Assembly: GCF_044324785.1 (NCBI RefSeq)
Contig: NZ_CP172129.1
Origin: Escherichia coli
GTDB lineage: Bacteria; Pseudomonadota; Gammaproteobacteria; Enterobacterales; Enterobacteriaceae
DNA: 64,000 bases
Direction: 5' to 3' (one strand)
This document shows, one piece after another, positions 33,977 through 45,521 of this stretch. The position numbers and the translations under genes are program-made. Every line of letters starts with the position of its first letter. The first letter of the stretch is position 1. The notes beneath the pieces are model-generated. The model was given only the letters and a program-made list of their open reading frames with translations, searched no databases and had not been told where the DNA came from.

Positions 33977-34796
33977 GGCACTGTTGCAAAGTTAGCGATG
34001 AGGCAGCCTTTTGTCTTATTCAAAGGCCTTACATTTCAAAAACTCTGCTTACCAGGCGCATTTCGCCCAGGGGATCACCATAATAAAATGCTGAGGCCTG
34101 GCCTTTGCGTAGTGCACGCATCACCTCAATACCTTTGATGGTGGCGTAAGCCGTCTTCATGGATTTAAATCCCAGCGTGGCGCCGATTATCCGTTTCAGT
34201 TTGCCATGATCGCATTCAATCACGTTGTTCCGGTACTTAATCTGTCGGTGTTCAACGTCAGACGGGCACCGGCCTTCGCGTTTGAGCAGAGCAAGCGCGC
34301 GACCATAGGCGGGCGCTTTATCCGTGTTGATGAATCGCGGGATCTGCCACTTCTTCACGTTGTTGAGGATTTTACCCAGAAACCGGTATGCAGCTTTGCT
34401 GTTACGACGGGAGGAGAGATAAAAATCGACAGTGCGGCCCCGGCTGTCGACGGCCCGGTACAGATACGCCCAGCGGCCATTGACCTTCACGTAGGTTTCA
34501 TCCATGTGCCACGGGCAAAGATCGGAAGGGTTACGCCAGTACCAGCGCAGCCGTTTTTCCATTTCAGGCGCATAACGCTGAACCCAGCGGTAAATCGTGG
34601 AGTGATCGACATTCACTCCGCGTTCAGCCAGCATCTCCTGCAGCTCACGGTAACTGATGCCGTATTTGCAGTACCAGCGTACGGCCCACAGAATGATGTC
34701 ACGCTGAAAATGCCGGCCTTTGAATGGGTTCATGTGCAGCTCCATCAGCAAAAGGGGATGATAAGTTTATCACCACCGACTATTTGCAACAGTGCC
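33977..34796 (-). mobile_element. IS26 copy 3 (820 bp), no target-site duplication
   Basis: Same terminal repeats; flanks gatttacc and gttttcga differ. Confidence 0.95.
34029..34733 (-). CDS. tnpA: IS26 transposase Tnp26
   Basis: Identical protein to the other two copies. Confidence 0.95.
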   Translation of the reverse strand: MNPFKGRHFQRDIILWAVRWYCKYGISYRELQEMLAERGVNVDHSTIYRWVQRYAPEMEKRLRWYWRNPSDLCPWHMDETYVKVNGRWAYLYRAVDSRGRTVDFYLSSRRNSKAAYRFLGKILNNVKKWQIPRFINTDKAPAYGRALALLKREGRCPSDVEHRQIKYRNNVIECDHGKLKRIIGATLGFKSMKTAYATIKGIEVMRALRKGQASAFYYGDPLGEMRLVSRVFEM

Positions 34797-35893
34797 GTTT
34801 TCGACGCCAGTGGCACCAACAATGCGCACAGCCCATAGCCAAGTGTGTGACTGGCCGCAAGCCAGCCCGCGCCTGCGCCGTCGGCCAGCTTATCATTCAG
34901 TAAAAGTTGATAAGCGGGTGTTGCCAGAGCGGCCCCAAATGACAGCACTGCACAGCCCAGGTAAAACAACCATAGCTGTTCAGTGAGCATGATAGCCAGA
35001 CCACTACTCATCAACACCCCGGCACTCAGGAGCAGAGCCACTGGAGTCAGGCGCTGTGGACGGAGTACCACGAACTGCGCGATAAGCGCAGCTATTGCGG
35101 ACAGCCCCAACAACCACGCCACCTGTTGGCTAATAGTGGTGGTATCAGTATCGAACTGGCGAGTAAGGGCTGGCGAAAGTCCAAGCTGCATCATGCTCAT
35201 TGCCGCAGCCAGTAACATTGCGCAAAGCAGATAAGGCAGGCAATCCCGCTTCAGGCTGACGCTCTTGCGCTCCGGTGTGGGCTGTGGTGGTGTGCCGGGC
35301 AACCGCAGAAGCATCACCACAGCCCACACCGGAGCTGCCATCAGCATCCACACTGGCGCCAGAGGGTGAATGACCAACATTGCCGCCGCGCACAGCGGCC
35401 CGAATAGCCTGCCGCAGCTCAGGCCGGAGCTGATGGTTGCCAGAGCGGCCATGCGATTCCCTTCTCCCGCTCTCTGCAATGCCCAGACCTGACAGGCTGG
35501 CACCATTGCTGACACGGTCAGACCGTAGACGATCCGGGCGATGATTAATATTCCCAACCCCACCGCTGTTGTTACGGCACCGGTAGCCATCAGCACGCTT
35601 CCCAGCCCAAGCAGGGTAAAGCTTACGCCATATCCTCCCAGAGCCCACAGCACCACAGTCTTACTGCCAGTAAGGGAAATTTGCTTTCCCCACCATGGGG
35701 AAGATGGCAGAAACAGCATTGAGCCCAGCATCAGCAGGGCAGCCCATACAGACAGACTCAGATTTGTCTGTATGACCAGAACAGGGAGTACAACCAGCAG
35801 ACCGTTCTGTCCGATACCGAGAAGACCGGCACTGAACGCCAGTGGCCAGCAGGACAGGGTTTTTTGGGGCGTATCTTCGATCTTAGATGACAT
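34797..35893 (-). CDS. MFS transporter (ShiF-like, upstream of aerobactin operon); 3' end abuts or is cut by IS26
   Basis: Multiple hydrophobic helices; the ORF's last codons are IS26 sequence. Confidence 0.6.
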
Positions 35894-35967
35894 TGTAATG
35901 TTTCAACACCATGTATTAATTGTGTTTATTTGTAAAATTAATTTTTCTGACAATAACATTTCTCATT

Positions 35968-35986
35968 GATAATGAGAATCATTATT
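35968..35986. promoter_or_regulatory. Fur box in the iucA promoter (gataatgagaatcattatt)
   Basis: Near-consensus Fur box about 45 bp upstream of the iucA start. Confidence 0.75.
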
Positions 35987-36028
35987 GACATAATTGTTAT
36001 TATTTTACTGTGTAGGAGCTGTTTGATT

Positions 36029-37753
36029 ATGATCCTGCCCTCTGAAAAATCCGCCACAGATGTGGCTGCGCAGTGCTTCCTGAATGCCTTGATTCGTGAA
36101 ACCAAAGACTGGCAACTGGCGGAATACCCGCCAGACGAATTGATTATCCCGCTGGACGAACAGAAGTCGCTCCATTTCAGAGTGGCTTATTTCTCCCCAA
36201 CCCAGCATCACCGCTTTGCATTTCCTGCTCATCTGGTCACGGCATCAGGCAGTTATCCTGTCGACTTTACCACTCTCTCCCGGCTTATTATTGATAAGCT
36301 CCGGCATCAACTTTTTCTGCCAGTTCCCCTCTGCGAAACTTTCCACCAACGCGTGCTGGAAAGCTACGCCCATACGCAACAGACAATTGATGCCCGCCAT
36401 GACTGGGCCATCCTGCGTGAAAAAGCGTTGAATTTTGGCGAGGCTGAGCAGGCACTGCTGACAGGACACGCTTTCCACCCTGCACCTAAGTCTCATGAAC
36501 CGTTTAACCGCCAGGAAGCTGAACGATACCTGCCTGACATGGCACCTCACTTCCCGCTGCGGTGGTTTTCGGTGGATAAAACGCAAATCGCTGGTGAAAG
36601 TCTGCATCTTAACCTTCAACAGCGGTTGACGCGATTTGCCGCAGAAAATGCGCCCCAGTTACTCAACGAATTAAGTGACAATCAATGGCTGTTCCCGCTG
36701 CACCCGTGGCAGGGAGAATATCTTTTGCAGCAAGTGTGGTGCCAGGCACTTTTTGCTAAAGGACTTATCAGAGACTTAGGCGAGGCCGGCACGTCGTGGC
36801 TGCCGACCACCTCTTCCCGCTCCCTCTACTGTGCTACCAGCCGCGATATGATCAAGTTCTCCCTGAGCGTTCGGCTGACCAACTCCGTCCGTACTCTGTC
36901 TGTGAAAGAGGTGGAGCGAGGAATGCGCCTGGCACGTCTGGCGCAAACCGACGGCTGGCAGATGCTACAGGCCCGCTTCCCTACTTTCCGGGTAATGCAG
37001 GAGGACGGCTGGGCCGGGCTGCGCGATCTTAACGGCAACATCATGCAGGAAAGTTTGTTTTCCCTGCGTGAAAACCTGCTGCTGGAGCAGCCGCAAAGCC
37101 AGACCAACGTTCTGGTTTCCCTGACTCAGGCCGCACCGGATGGCGGTGATTCGCTGCTGGTTTCGGCGGTAAAACGCCTGAGCGATCGCCTCGGTATCAC
37201 TGTGCAACAGGCCGCCCACGCATGGGTCGATGCTTACTGTCAGCAGGTGCTGAAGCCTCTGTTTACGGCTGAAGCGGATTACGGCCTGGTGCTGCTGGCG
37301 CATCAGCAAAATATTCTTGTGCAGATGCTTGGGGATCTGCCGGTCGGATTTATTTACCGTGACTGCCAGGGCAGCGCGTTTATGCCTCACGCGACAGAGT
37401 GGCTCGATACCATTGACGAGGCGCAGGCGGAAAATATTTTCACCCGTGAGCAGTTGCTGCGCTATTTCCCTTATTACCTGCTGGTTAACTCCACTTTTGC
37501 CGTAACTGCTGCGCTGGGTGCTGCCGGGCTGGACAGCGAAGCGAATCTGATGGCTCGTGTACGAACATTGCTGGCTGAAGTGCGTGACCAGGTGACTCAT
37601 AAAACCTGTCTCAACTATGTTCTGGAAAGTCCGTACTGGAACGTAAAAGGTAACTTTTTCTGTTATCTGAACGATCATAACGAGAACACCATCGTTGACC
37701 CTTCGGTGATCTATTTTGATTTCGCTAACCCGCTGCAGGCTCAGGAGGTCTGA
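36029..37753 (+). CDS. iucA: Aerobactin synthetase IucA (start at MILPSEK; ORF track begins earlier at 35966)
   Basis: IucA/IucC-family siderophore synthetase, first gene of the operon. Confidence 0.9.
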   Translation: MILPSEKSATDVAAQCFLNALIRETKDWQLAEYPPDELIIPLDEQKSLHFRVAYFSPTQHHRFAFPAHLVTASGSYPVDFTTLSRLIIDKLRHQLFLPVPLCETFHQRVLESYAHTQQTIDARHDWAILREKALNFGEAEQALLTGHAFHPAPKSHEPFNRQEAERYLPDMAPHFPLRWFSVDKTQIAGESLHLNLQQRLTRFAAENAPQLLNELSDNQWLFPLHPWQGEYLLQQVWCQALFAKGLIRDLGEAGTSWLPTTSSRSLYCATSRDMIKFSLSVRLTNSVRTLSVKEVERGMRLARLAQTDGWQMLQARFPTFRVMQEDGWAGLRDLNGNIMQESLFSLRENLLLEQPQSQTNVLVSLTQAAPDGGDSLLVSAVKRLSDRLGITVQQAAHAWVDAYCQQVLKPLFTAEADYGLVLLAHQQNILVQMLGDLPVGFIYRDCQGSAFMPHATEWLDTIDEAQAENIFTREQLLRYFPYYLLVNSTFAVTAALGAAGLDSEANLMARVRTLLAEVRDQVTHKTCLNYVLESPYWNVKGNFFCYLNDHNENTIVDPSVIYFDFANPLQAQEV

Positions 37754-38701
37754 ATGTCTGGGGCAAACATTGTTCACAGCGGATATGGACTGCGCTGTGA
37801 AAAACTCGACAAGCCTCTGAATCTTGGCTGGGGGCTGGACAATAGCGCGGTGTTGCACTGGCCCGGGGAGCTGCCAACAGGGTGGCTGTGCGACGCGCTG
37901 GATCAGATATTTATCGCCGCACCACAACTTTCAGCAGTGGTTCTTCCCTGGTCCGAATGGTGTGAGGAGCCACAGGCGCTGACGCTTTTCGGACAGGTAC
38001 AAAGCGACATTATCCATCGTTCCGCTTTCTGGCAGTTACCGTTATGGCTGAGTTCTCCGGCAAACCGGGCCTCCGGTGAAATGGTTTTTGATGCAGAGCG
38101 TGAGATTTATTTCCCGCAGCGCCCCCCCCGTCCGCAGGGTGAAGTTTATCGTCGTTACGATCCACGCATTCGCAGGATGCTGAGTTTCCGCATTGCCGAT
38201 CCCGTTTCTGATGCAGAACGTTTCACTCGCTGGATGAACGATCCGCGCGTTGAGTATTTCTGGGAGCAAAGTGGCTCACTGGAGGTACAGATCGCCTATC
38301 TGGAACGCCAGCTCACCAGTAAACATGCATTCCCGCTGATTGGTTGTTTCGACGATCGGCCGTTCAGTTATTTCGAAATCTACTGGGCGGCGGAAGACCG
38401 CATTGGTCGCCACTATTCGTGGCAGCCCTTTGACCGTGGCCTGCATCTGCTGGTTGGTGAACAGCAATGGCGCGGAGCCCACTATGTGCAAAGCTGGCTG
38501 CGCGGGGTGACACATTACCTGCTGCTGAATGAGCCACGTACGCAGCGCACAGTACTGGAGCCACGCATCGATAACCAGCGCCTGTTCCGCCATCTTGAGC
38601 CTGCGGGATACCGGACAATTAAAGAGTTCGACTTCCCACATAAACGCTCGCGCATGGTGATGGCGGATCGTCATCACTTCTTCACGGAGGTCGGTCTGTA
38701 A
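37754..38701 (+). CDS. iucB: N6-hydroxylysine acetyltransferase IucB (315 aa)
   Basis: Size and position; acyltransferase. Confidence 0.9.
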   Translation: MSGANIVHSGYGLRCEKLDKPLNLGWGLDNSAVLHWPGELPTGWLCDALDQIFIAAPQLSAVVLPWSEWCEEPQALTLFGQVQSDIIHRSAFWQLPLWLSSPANRASGEMVFDAEREIYFPQRPPRPQGEVYRRYDPRIRRMLSFRIADPVSDAERFTRWMNDPRVEYFWEQSGSLEVQIAYLERQLTSKHAFPLIGCFDDRPFSYFEIYWAAEDRIGRHYSWQPFDRGLHLLVGEQQWRGAHYVQSWLRGVTHYLLLNEPRTQRTVLEPRIDNQRLFRHLEPAGYRTIKEFDFPHKRSRMVMADRHHFFTEVGL

Positions 38702-40443
38702 TGAATCACAAAGACTGGGATTTGGTCAACCGCCGCCTGGTGGCAAAAATGTTGTCTGAGCTGGAGTATGAGCAGGTTTTCCACGCGGAATCTCAGGGCG
38801 ATGACCGCTACTGCATTAACCTGCCGGGAGCACAATGGCGCTTCATCGCTGAACGTGGTATCTGGGGCTGGCTCTGGATTGATGCTCAAACTCTGCGCTG
38901 CGCGGACGAGCCAGTACTGGCTCAGACGCTGCTGATGCAGCTAAAGCAGGTACTGTCAATGAGCGATGCAACCGTTGCTGAGCATATGCAGGATTTGTAT
39001 GCCACGCTGCTGGGCGACCTGCAACTACTGAAAGCCCGTCGCGGGCTGAGCGCCAGTGACCTGATTAATCTTAATGCCGACCGCCTGCAATGCCTGCTGA
39101 GCGGTCATCCTAAATTCGTTTTTAATAAAGGTCGCCGTGGCTGGGGTAAAGAGGCGCTGGAACGATATGCGCCAGAGTATGCCAACACCTTCAGACTGCA
39201 CTGGCTGGCGGTAAAACGTGAACATATGATCTGGCGCTGTGATAACGAGATGGATATTCATCAGTTGTTGACGGCCGCAATGGATCCGCAGGAGTTTGCC
39301 CGCTTCAGTCAGGTCTGGCAGGAAAACGGACTGGATCATAACTGGCTGCCGCTGCCGGTACATCCGTGGCAGTGGCAGCAAAAAATCGCTACCGACTTCA
39401 TCGCTGATTTTGCCGAAGGCAGGATGGTGTCTCTCGGCGAGTTTGGCGACCAGTGGCTCGCCCAGCAGTCGCTGCGTACCCTGACCAACGCCAGTCGCCG
39501 GGGCGGGCTGGATATCAAGCTGCCGCTGACCATCTACAACACCTCATGCTACCGGGGGATCCCTGGCAGATACATCGCTGCCGGACCACTGGCTTCACGC
39601 TGGCTACAACAGGTTTTTGCGACCGACGCCACCCTAGTGCAAAGCGGCGCAGTGATACTTGGTGAACCGGCTGCAGGCTATGTCTCCCATGAAGGCTATG
39701 CCGCGCTTGCCTGGGCTCCCTATCGCTACCAGGAAATGCTTGGTGTTATCTGGCGGGAGAATCCGTGCCGCTGGCTGAAACCGGATGAAAGTCCGGTTCT
39801 GATGGCAACACTGATGGAGTGCGACGAAAACAATCAGCCGCTGGCAGGCGCATATATAGACCGCTCCGGGCTGGACGCTGAAACCTGGCTTACGCAACTG
39901 TTCCGGGTGGTCGTGGTTCCTCTGTATCACCTGCTTTGCCGCTACGGTGTCGCGCTTATTGCACATGGACAAAATATAACTCTCGCCATGAAAGAGGGGG
40001 TTCCACAGCGTGTTCTGCTGAAAGACTTCCAGGGCGATATGCGACTGGTGAAAGAAGAGTTCCCCGAAATGGACTCTTTGCCTCAGGAGGTTCGTGATGT
40101 TACATCCCGCCTGAGTGCGGACTACTTAATCCATGATTTGCAGACGGGTCACTTCGTGACAGTACTGCGTTTTATTTCGCCACTGATGGTTCGTCTTGGC
40201 GTACCTGAAAGGCGATTTTATCAACTGCTGGCAGCAGTGTTGAGTGATTACATGAAAAAACATCCACAAATGTCAGAGCGTTTTGCGCTTTTCTCACTTT
40301 TCAGGCCACAAATCATTCGCGTGGTGCTGAACCCGGTAAAACTGACCTGGCCTGATCTGGATGGCGGCAGCCGCATGCTGCCGAATTACCTTGAGGATCT
40401 GCAAAATCCGCTGTGGCTGGTAACTCAGGAATATGAATCATGA
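38701..40443 (+). CDS. iucC: Aerobactin synthetase IucC (580 aa)
   Basis: IucA/IucC family; overlapping start/stop with neighbours. Confidence 0.9.
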   Translation: MNHKDWDLVNRRLVAKMLSELEYEQVFHAESQGDDRYCINLPGAQWRFIAERGIWGWLWIDAQTLRCADEPVLAQTLLMQLKQVLSMSDATVAEHMQDLYATLLGDLQLLKARRGLSASDLINLNADRLQCLLSGHPKFVFNKGRRGWGKEALERYAPEYANTFRLHWLAVKREHMIWRCDNEMDIHQLLTAAMDPQEFARFSQVWQENGLDHNWLPLPVHPWQWQQKIATDFIADFAEGRMVSLGEFGDQWLAQQSLRTLTNASRRGGLDIKLPLTIYNTSCYRGIPGRYIAAGPLASRWLQQVFATDATLVQSGAVILGEPAAGYVSHEGYAALAWAPYRYQEMLGVIWRENPCRWLKPDESPVLMATLMECDENNQPLAGAYIDRSGLDAETWLTQLFRVVVVPLYHLLCRYGVALIAHGQNITLAMKEGVPQRVLLKDFQGDMRLVKEEFPEMDSLPQEVRDVTSRLSADYLIHDLQTGHFVTVLRFISPLMVRLGVPERRFYQLLAAVLSDYMKKHPQMSERFALFSLFRPQIIRVVLNPVKLTWPDLDGGSRMLPNYLEDLQNPLWLVTQEYES

Positions 40444-41717
40444 AAAAAAGTGTCGATTTTATTGGTGTAGGGACAGGGCCATTTAATCTCAGCATTGCTG
40501 CGTTGTCACATCAGATCGAAGAACTGGACTGTCTCTTCTTTGATGAACATCCTCATTTTTCCTGGCATCCGGGTATGCTGGTACCGGATTGTCATATGCA
40601 GACCGTCTTTCTGAAAGATCTGGTCAGTGCTGTTGCACCTACAAATCCCTACAGTTTTGTTAACTATCTGGTGAAGCACAAAAAGTTCTATCGCTTCCTT
40701 ACAAGCAGACTACGTACAGTATCCCGTGAAGAGTTTTCTGACTACCTCCGCTGGGCTGCTGAAGATATGAATAACCTGTATTTCAGTCATACCGTTGAAA
40801 ACATTGATTTCGATAAAAAACGTCGATTGTTTCTGGTGCAAACCAGCCAGGGAGAATATTTTGCCCGCAATATCTGCCTTGGTACAGGAAAACAACCTTA
40901 TTTACCACCCTGTGTGAAGCATATGACACAATCCTGTTTCCATGCCAGTGAAATGAATCTTCGTCGGCCGGACCTTAGTGGAAAACGGATAACCGTGGTT
41001 GGTGGAGGACAGAGTGGTGCAGACCTGTTCCTTAATGCATTACGCGGGGAATGGGGAGAAGCGGCGGAAATAAACTGGGTCTCCCGGCGTAATAATTTTA
41101 ACGCACTGGATGAGGCTGCTTTTGCTGATGAGTATTTTACACCTGAATATATTTCAGGCTTCTCCGGACTGGAGGAAGATATTCGCCATCAGTTACTGGA
41201 TGAGCAGAAAATGACATCGGATGGCATCACTGCCGATTCTTTACTGACCATTTATCGTGAGTTGTACCACCGTTTTGAAGTTCTGAGAAAACCAAGAAAT
41301 ATCCGTCTGCTACCCAGCCGCTCGGTAACAACTCTGGAAAGTAGTGGTCCTGGCTGGAAGTTGCTGATGGAGCATCATCTGGATCAGGGCAGGGAGAGCC
41401 TGGAAAGTGATGTGGTGATTTTCGCCACAGGTTACCGTTCTGCGTTGCCACAAATACTTCCCTCACTGATGCCCCTGATCACCATGCACGATAAGAACAC
41501 CTTTAAAGTGCGTGATGACTTCACTCTGGAATGGAGTGGCCCGAAAGAGAACAACATCTTCGTGGTCAACGCCAGTATGCAAACCCATGGCATCGCCGAA
41601 CCCCAGCTCAGCCTGATGGCATGGAGATCTGCACGTATTCTTAATCGCGTAATGGGACGTGATTTATTCGATCTCAGTATGCCGCCCGCCCTGATTCAGT
41701 GGCGCAGCGGCACCTAG
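40440..41717 (+). CDS. iucD: L-lysine N6-monooxygenase IucD (425 aa)
   Basis: FAD-binding N-terminus IGVGTGPFNLSIAA; operon position. Confidence 0.9.
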   Translation: MKKSVDFIGVGTGPFNLSIAALSHQIEELDCLFFDEHPHFSWHPGMLVPDCHMQTVFLKDLVSAVAPTNPYSFVNYLVKHKKFYRFLTSRLRTVSREEFSDYLRWAAEDMNNLYFSHTVENIDFDKKRRLFLVQTSQGEYFARNICLGTGKQPYLPPCVKHMTQSCFHASEMNLRRPDLSGKRITVVGGGQSGADLFLNALRGEWGEAAEINWVSRRNNFNALDEAAFADEYFTPEYISGFSGLEEDIRHQLLDEQKMTSDGITADSLLTIYRELYHRFEVLRKPRNIRLLPSRSVTTLESSGPGWKLLMEHHLDQGRESLESDVVIFATGYRSALPQILPSLMPLITMHDKNTFKVRDDFTLEWSGPKENNIFVVNASMQTHGIAEPQLSLMAWRSARILNRVMGRDLFDLSMPPALIQWRSGT

Positions 41718-41798
41718 GGAAAACGCAGCCGGAGGCTGCTTCTTTAACTCGCTACACAGCATCTTTGGGCTGATTTTTTCCGCCCGTATGGAGGAATA

Positions 41799-44000
41799 AT
41801 GATGATAAGCAAAAAGTATACGCTTTGGGCTCTCAACCCACTGCTTCTTACCATGATGGCGCCAGCAGTCGCTCAACAAACCGATGATGAAACGTTCGTG
41901 GTGTCTGCCAACCGCAGCAATCGCACCGTAGCGGAGATGGCGCAAACCACCTGGGTTATCGAAAACGCCGAACTGGAACAGCAGATTCAGGGCGGCAAAG
42001 AGCTTAAAGACGCACTGGCTCAGCTGATCCCTGGCCTTGACGTCAGCAGCCGGAGCCGCACCAACTACGGTATGAATGTGCGTGGCCGCCCGCTGGTCGT
42101 GCTGGTTGACGGCGTGCGTCTCAACTCTTCACGTACCGACAGCCGACAACTGGACTCTATAGATCCTTTTAATATCGACCATATTGAAGTGATCTCCGGT
42201 GCGACGTCCCTGTACGGCGGCGGCAGTACCGGTGGCCTGATCAACATCGTGACCAAAAAAGGCCAGCCGGAAACCATGATGGAGTTTGAGGCTGGCACCA
42301 AAAGTGGCTTTAGCAGCAGTAAAGATCACGATGAACGCATTGCCGGAGCTGTCTCCGGCGGAAATGAGCATATCTCCGGACGTCTTTCCGTGGCATATCA
42401 GAAATTTGGCGGCTGGTTTGACGGTAACGGCGATGCCACCTTGCTTGATAACACCCAGACCGGCCTGCAGTACTCCGATCGGCTGGACATCATGGGAACT
42501 GGTACGCTGAACATCGATGAATCCCGGCAGCTTCAGTTGATCACACAGTACTATAAAAGCCAGGGCGACGACGATTACGGGCTTAATCTCGGGAAAGGCT
42601 TCTCTGCCATCAGAGGGACCAGCACGCCATTCGTCAGTAACGGGCTGAATTCCGACCGTATTCCCGGCACTGAGCGGCATTTGATCAGCCTGCAGTACTC
42701 TGACAGCGCTTTTCTGGGACAGGAGCTGGTCGGTCAGGTTTACTACCGCGATGAGTCGTTGCGATTCTACCCGTTCCCGACGGTAAATGCGAACAAACAG
42801 GTGACGGCTTTCTCTTCGTCACAGCAGGACACCGACCAGTACGGCATGAAACTGACTCTGAACAGCAAACCGATGGACGGCTGGCAAATCACCTGGGGGC
42901 TGGATGCTGATCATGAGCGCTTTACCTCCAACCAGATGTTCTTCGACCTGGCTCAGGCAAGCGCTTCCGGAGGGCTGAACAACAAGAAGATTTACACCAC
43001 CGGGCGCTATCCGTCGTATGACATCACCAACCTGGCGGCCTTCCTGCAATCAGGCTATGACATCAATAATCTCTTTACCCTCAACGGTGGCGTACGCTAT
43101 CAGTACACTGAAAACAAGATTGATGATTTCATCGGCTACGCGCAGCAACGGCAGATTGCCGCCGGGAAGGCTACATCCGCCGACGCCATTCCTGGCGGCT
43201 CAGTCGATTACGACAACTTCCTGTTCAACGCCGGTCTGCTGATGCACATCACCGAACGCCAGCAGGCATGGCTCAACTTCTCCCAGGGCGTGGAGCTGCC
43301 GGACCCGGGTAAATACTATGGTCGCGGCATCTATGGTGCTGCAGTGAACGGCCATCTTCCTCTAACAAAGAGTGTGAACGTCAGCGACAGCAAGCTGGAA
43401 GGCGTGAAAGTCGATTCTTATGAGCTGGGCTGGCGCTTTACTGGCAATAATCTGCGTACCCAAATCGCGGCCTACTATTCGATTTCTGATAAGAGCGTGG
43501 TGGCGAATAAAGATCTGACCATCAGCGTGGTGGACGACAAACGCCGTATTTACGGCGTGGAAGGTGCGGTGGACTACCTGATTCCTGATACTGACTGGAG
43601 TACCGGAGTGAACTTCAACGTGCTGAAAACTGAGTCGAAAGTGAACGGTACCTGGCAGAAATACGATGTGAAGACAGCAAGCCCATCAAAAGCGACAGCC
43701 TACATTGGCTGGGCACCGGACCCGTGGAGTCTGCGCGTGCAGAGCACCACCTCCTTTGACGTGAGCGACGCGCAGGGCTACAAGGTCGATGGCTATACCA
43801 CCGCGGATCTGCTCGGCAGTTATCAGCTTCCGGTGGGTACACTCAGCTTCAGCATTGAAAACCTCTTCGACCGTGACTACACCACTGTCTGGGGGCAGCG
43901 TGCACCACTGTACTACAGCCCGGGTTACGGCCCAGCGTCACTGTACGACTACAAAGGCAGGGGCCGAACCTTTGGTCTGAACTACTCTGTGCTGTTCTGA
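41799..44000 (+). CDS. iutA: TonB-dependent ferric aerobactin receptor IutA (733 aa)
   Basis: Signal peptide, TonB box-like ETFVVSA, C-terminal F. Confidence 0.9.
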   Translation: MMISKKYTLWALNPLLLTMMAPAVAQQTDDETFVVSANRSNRTVAEMAQTTWVIENAELEQQIQGGKELKDALAQLIPGLDVSSRSRTNYGMNVRGRPLVVLVDGVRLNSSRTDSRQLDSIDPFNIDHIEVISGATSLYGGGSTGGLINIVTKKGQPETMMEFEAGTKSGFSSSKDHDERIAGAVSGGNEHISGRLSVAYQKFGGWFDGNGDATLLDNTQTGLQYSDRLDIMGTGTLNIDESRQLQLITQYYKSQGDDDYGLNLGKGFSAIRGTSTPFVSNGLNSDRIPGTERHLISLQYSDSAFLGQELVGQVYYRDESLRFYPFPTVNANKQVTAFSSSQQDTDQYGMKLTLNSKPMDGWQITWGLDADHERFTSNQMFFDLAQASASGGLNNKKIYTTGRYPSYDITNLAAFLQSGYDINNLFTLNGGVRYQYTENKIDDFIGYAQQRQIAAGKATSADAIPGGSVDYDNFLFNAGLLMHITERQQAWLNFSQGVELPDPGKYYGRGIYGAAVNGHLPLTKSVNVSDSKLEGVKVDSYELGWRFTGNNLRTQIAAYYSISDKSVVANKDLTISVVDDKRRIYGVEGAVDYLIPDTDWSTGVNFNVLKTESKVNGTWQKYDVKTASPSKATAYIGWAPDPWSLRVQSTTSFDVSDAQGYKVDGYTTADLLGSYQLPVGTLSFSIENLFDRDYTTVWGQRAPLYYSPGYGPASLYDYKGRGRTFGLNYSVLF

Positions 44001-44072
44001 CCGGTATTCCTTTACAACAAAGGTACGCTGATATCAACATGGCCGCTGACAGCCAAGTTGATATCATATAAT

Positions 44073-44133
44073 ACACGACATAATCTGTAGTCAGGGAGGA
44101 TAGACTCTTTACTGACTACAGATTATGTCGTGT
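44073..44133. repeat. Perfect 22-bp inverted repeat with 17-nt spacer downstream of iutA
   Basis: acacgacataatctgtagtcag ... ctgactacagattatgtcgtgt. Confidence 0.8.
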
Positions 44134-44524
44134 TCCGTGCTCATTTCCTCAAAAAATACAAGAAAAGAATTAGTATTCTAACAAAAAGTGAAATAAATTG
44201 TATCAAACTCCCTCTTTTAATCCTGTTGAGTAAATCAGCTTTTGCAATAGGATTGAAAGAGTGTAAGTGGAATCTCTTCCGGATACTCGTTACCACCGTG
44301 GCTAGAATATCTACGGCTGCGGGCCAGTAATAGATTAAGTGATAACAGCTGTCTGGAAATGTAGGGGCGTATCCACTAATCATAATCATTGTGAGATAAA
44401 TATTACGGGGCATTTTATAATGAATAAAATATACTCTCTAAAATATTGTCATATTACCAATACCATGAAGGTGATGCTGCCAACTTACTGATTTAGTGTA
44501 TGATGGTGTTTTTGAGGTGCTCCA

Positions 44525-44800
44525 GTGGCTTCTGTTTCTATCAGCTGTCCCTCCTGTTCAGCTACTGACGGGGTGGTGCGTAACGGCAAAAGCACCGCCG
44601 GACATCAGCGCTATCTCTGCTCTCACTGCCGTAAAACATGGCAACTGCAGTTCACTTACACCGCTTCTCAACCCGGTACGCACCAGAAAATCATTGATAT
44701 GGCCATGAATGGCGTTGGATGCCGGGCAACTGCCCGCATTATGGGCGTTGGCCTCAACACGATTTTACGTCACTTAAAAAACTCAGGCCGCAGTCGGTAA
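44525..44800 (+). CDS. insA: IS1 InsA
   Basis: [43 protein letters not shown]... Confidence 0.9.
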
Positions 44801-45222
44801 CCTCGCGCATACAGCCGGGCAGTGACGTCATCGTCTGCGCGGAAATGGACGAACAGTGGGGCTATGTCGGGGCTAAATCGCGCCAGCGCTGGCTGTTTTA
44901 CGCGTATGACAGTCTCCGGAAGACGGTTGTTGCGCACGTATTCGGTGAACGCACTATGGCGACGCTGGGGCGTCTTATGAGCCTGCTGTCACCCTTTGAC
45001 GTGGTGATATGGATGACGGATGGCTGGCCGCTGTATGAATCCCGCCTGAAGGGAAAGCTGCACGTAATCAGCAAGCGATATACGCAGCGAATTGAGCGGC
45101 ATAACCTGAATCTGAGGCAGCACCTGGCACGGCTGGGACGGAAGTCGCTGTCGTTTTCAAAATCGGTGGAGCTGCATGACAAAGTCATCGGGCATTATCT
45201 GAACATAAAACACTATCAATAA
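44719..45222 (+). CDS. insB: IS1 InsB (expressed as InsAB' by frameshift)
   Basis: Overlapping -1 frame ORF typical of IS1. Confidence 0.85.
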
Positions 45223-45521
45223 GTTGGAGTCATTACCGCCTTGACCATCAGATAGTTATTTTGGTGCTAGGGATACTGAGTGTGAACAGTTAGCGCGCGT
45301 CCTCGCCAGTTAGCTCGCTACGCTCGGTTACACGACGGCTACGAGTACTAGTGATAATTATTGACTGAGGTATGTGCTCTTCCTGTTTCCTTTTTTGATG
45401 TGTTGCTCTCATTTTAAACAACTTTGCGGTTTTTTGACTACTTTGCAATTTTGTTGTTGCTTTGCAATAAAATGCAAGATTAAATGAAAATATGCAAAGC
45501 AATGATTAAAGGATGTTCAGA

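Larger units (their letters stand above)
44470..45237 (+). mobile_element. IS1 (768 bp), no target-site duplication
   Basis: Ends ggtgatgctgccaacttactgat / atcaataagttggagtcattacc; flanking 9-mers differ. Confidence 0.9.
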
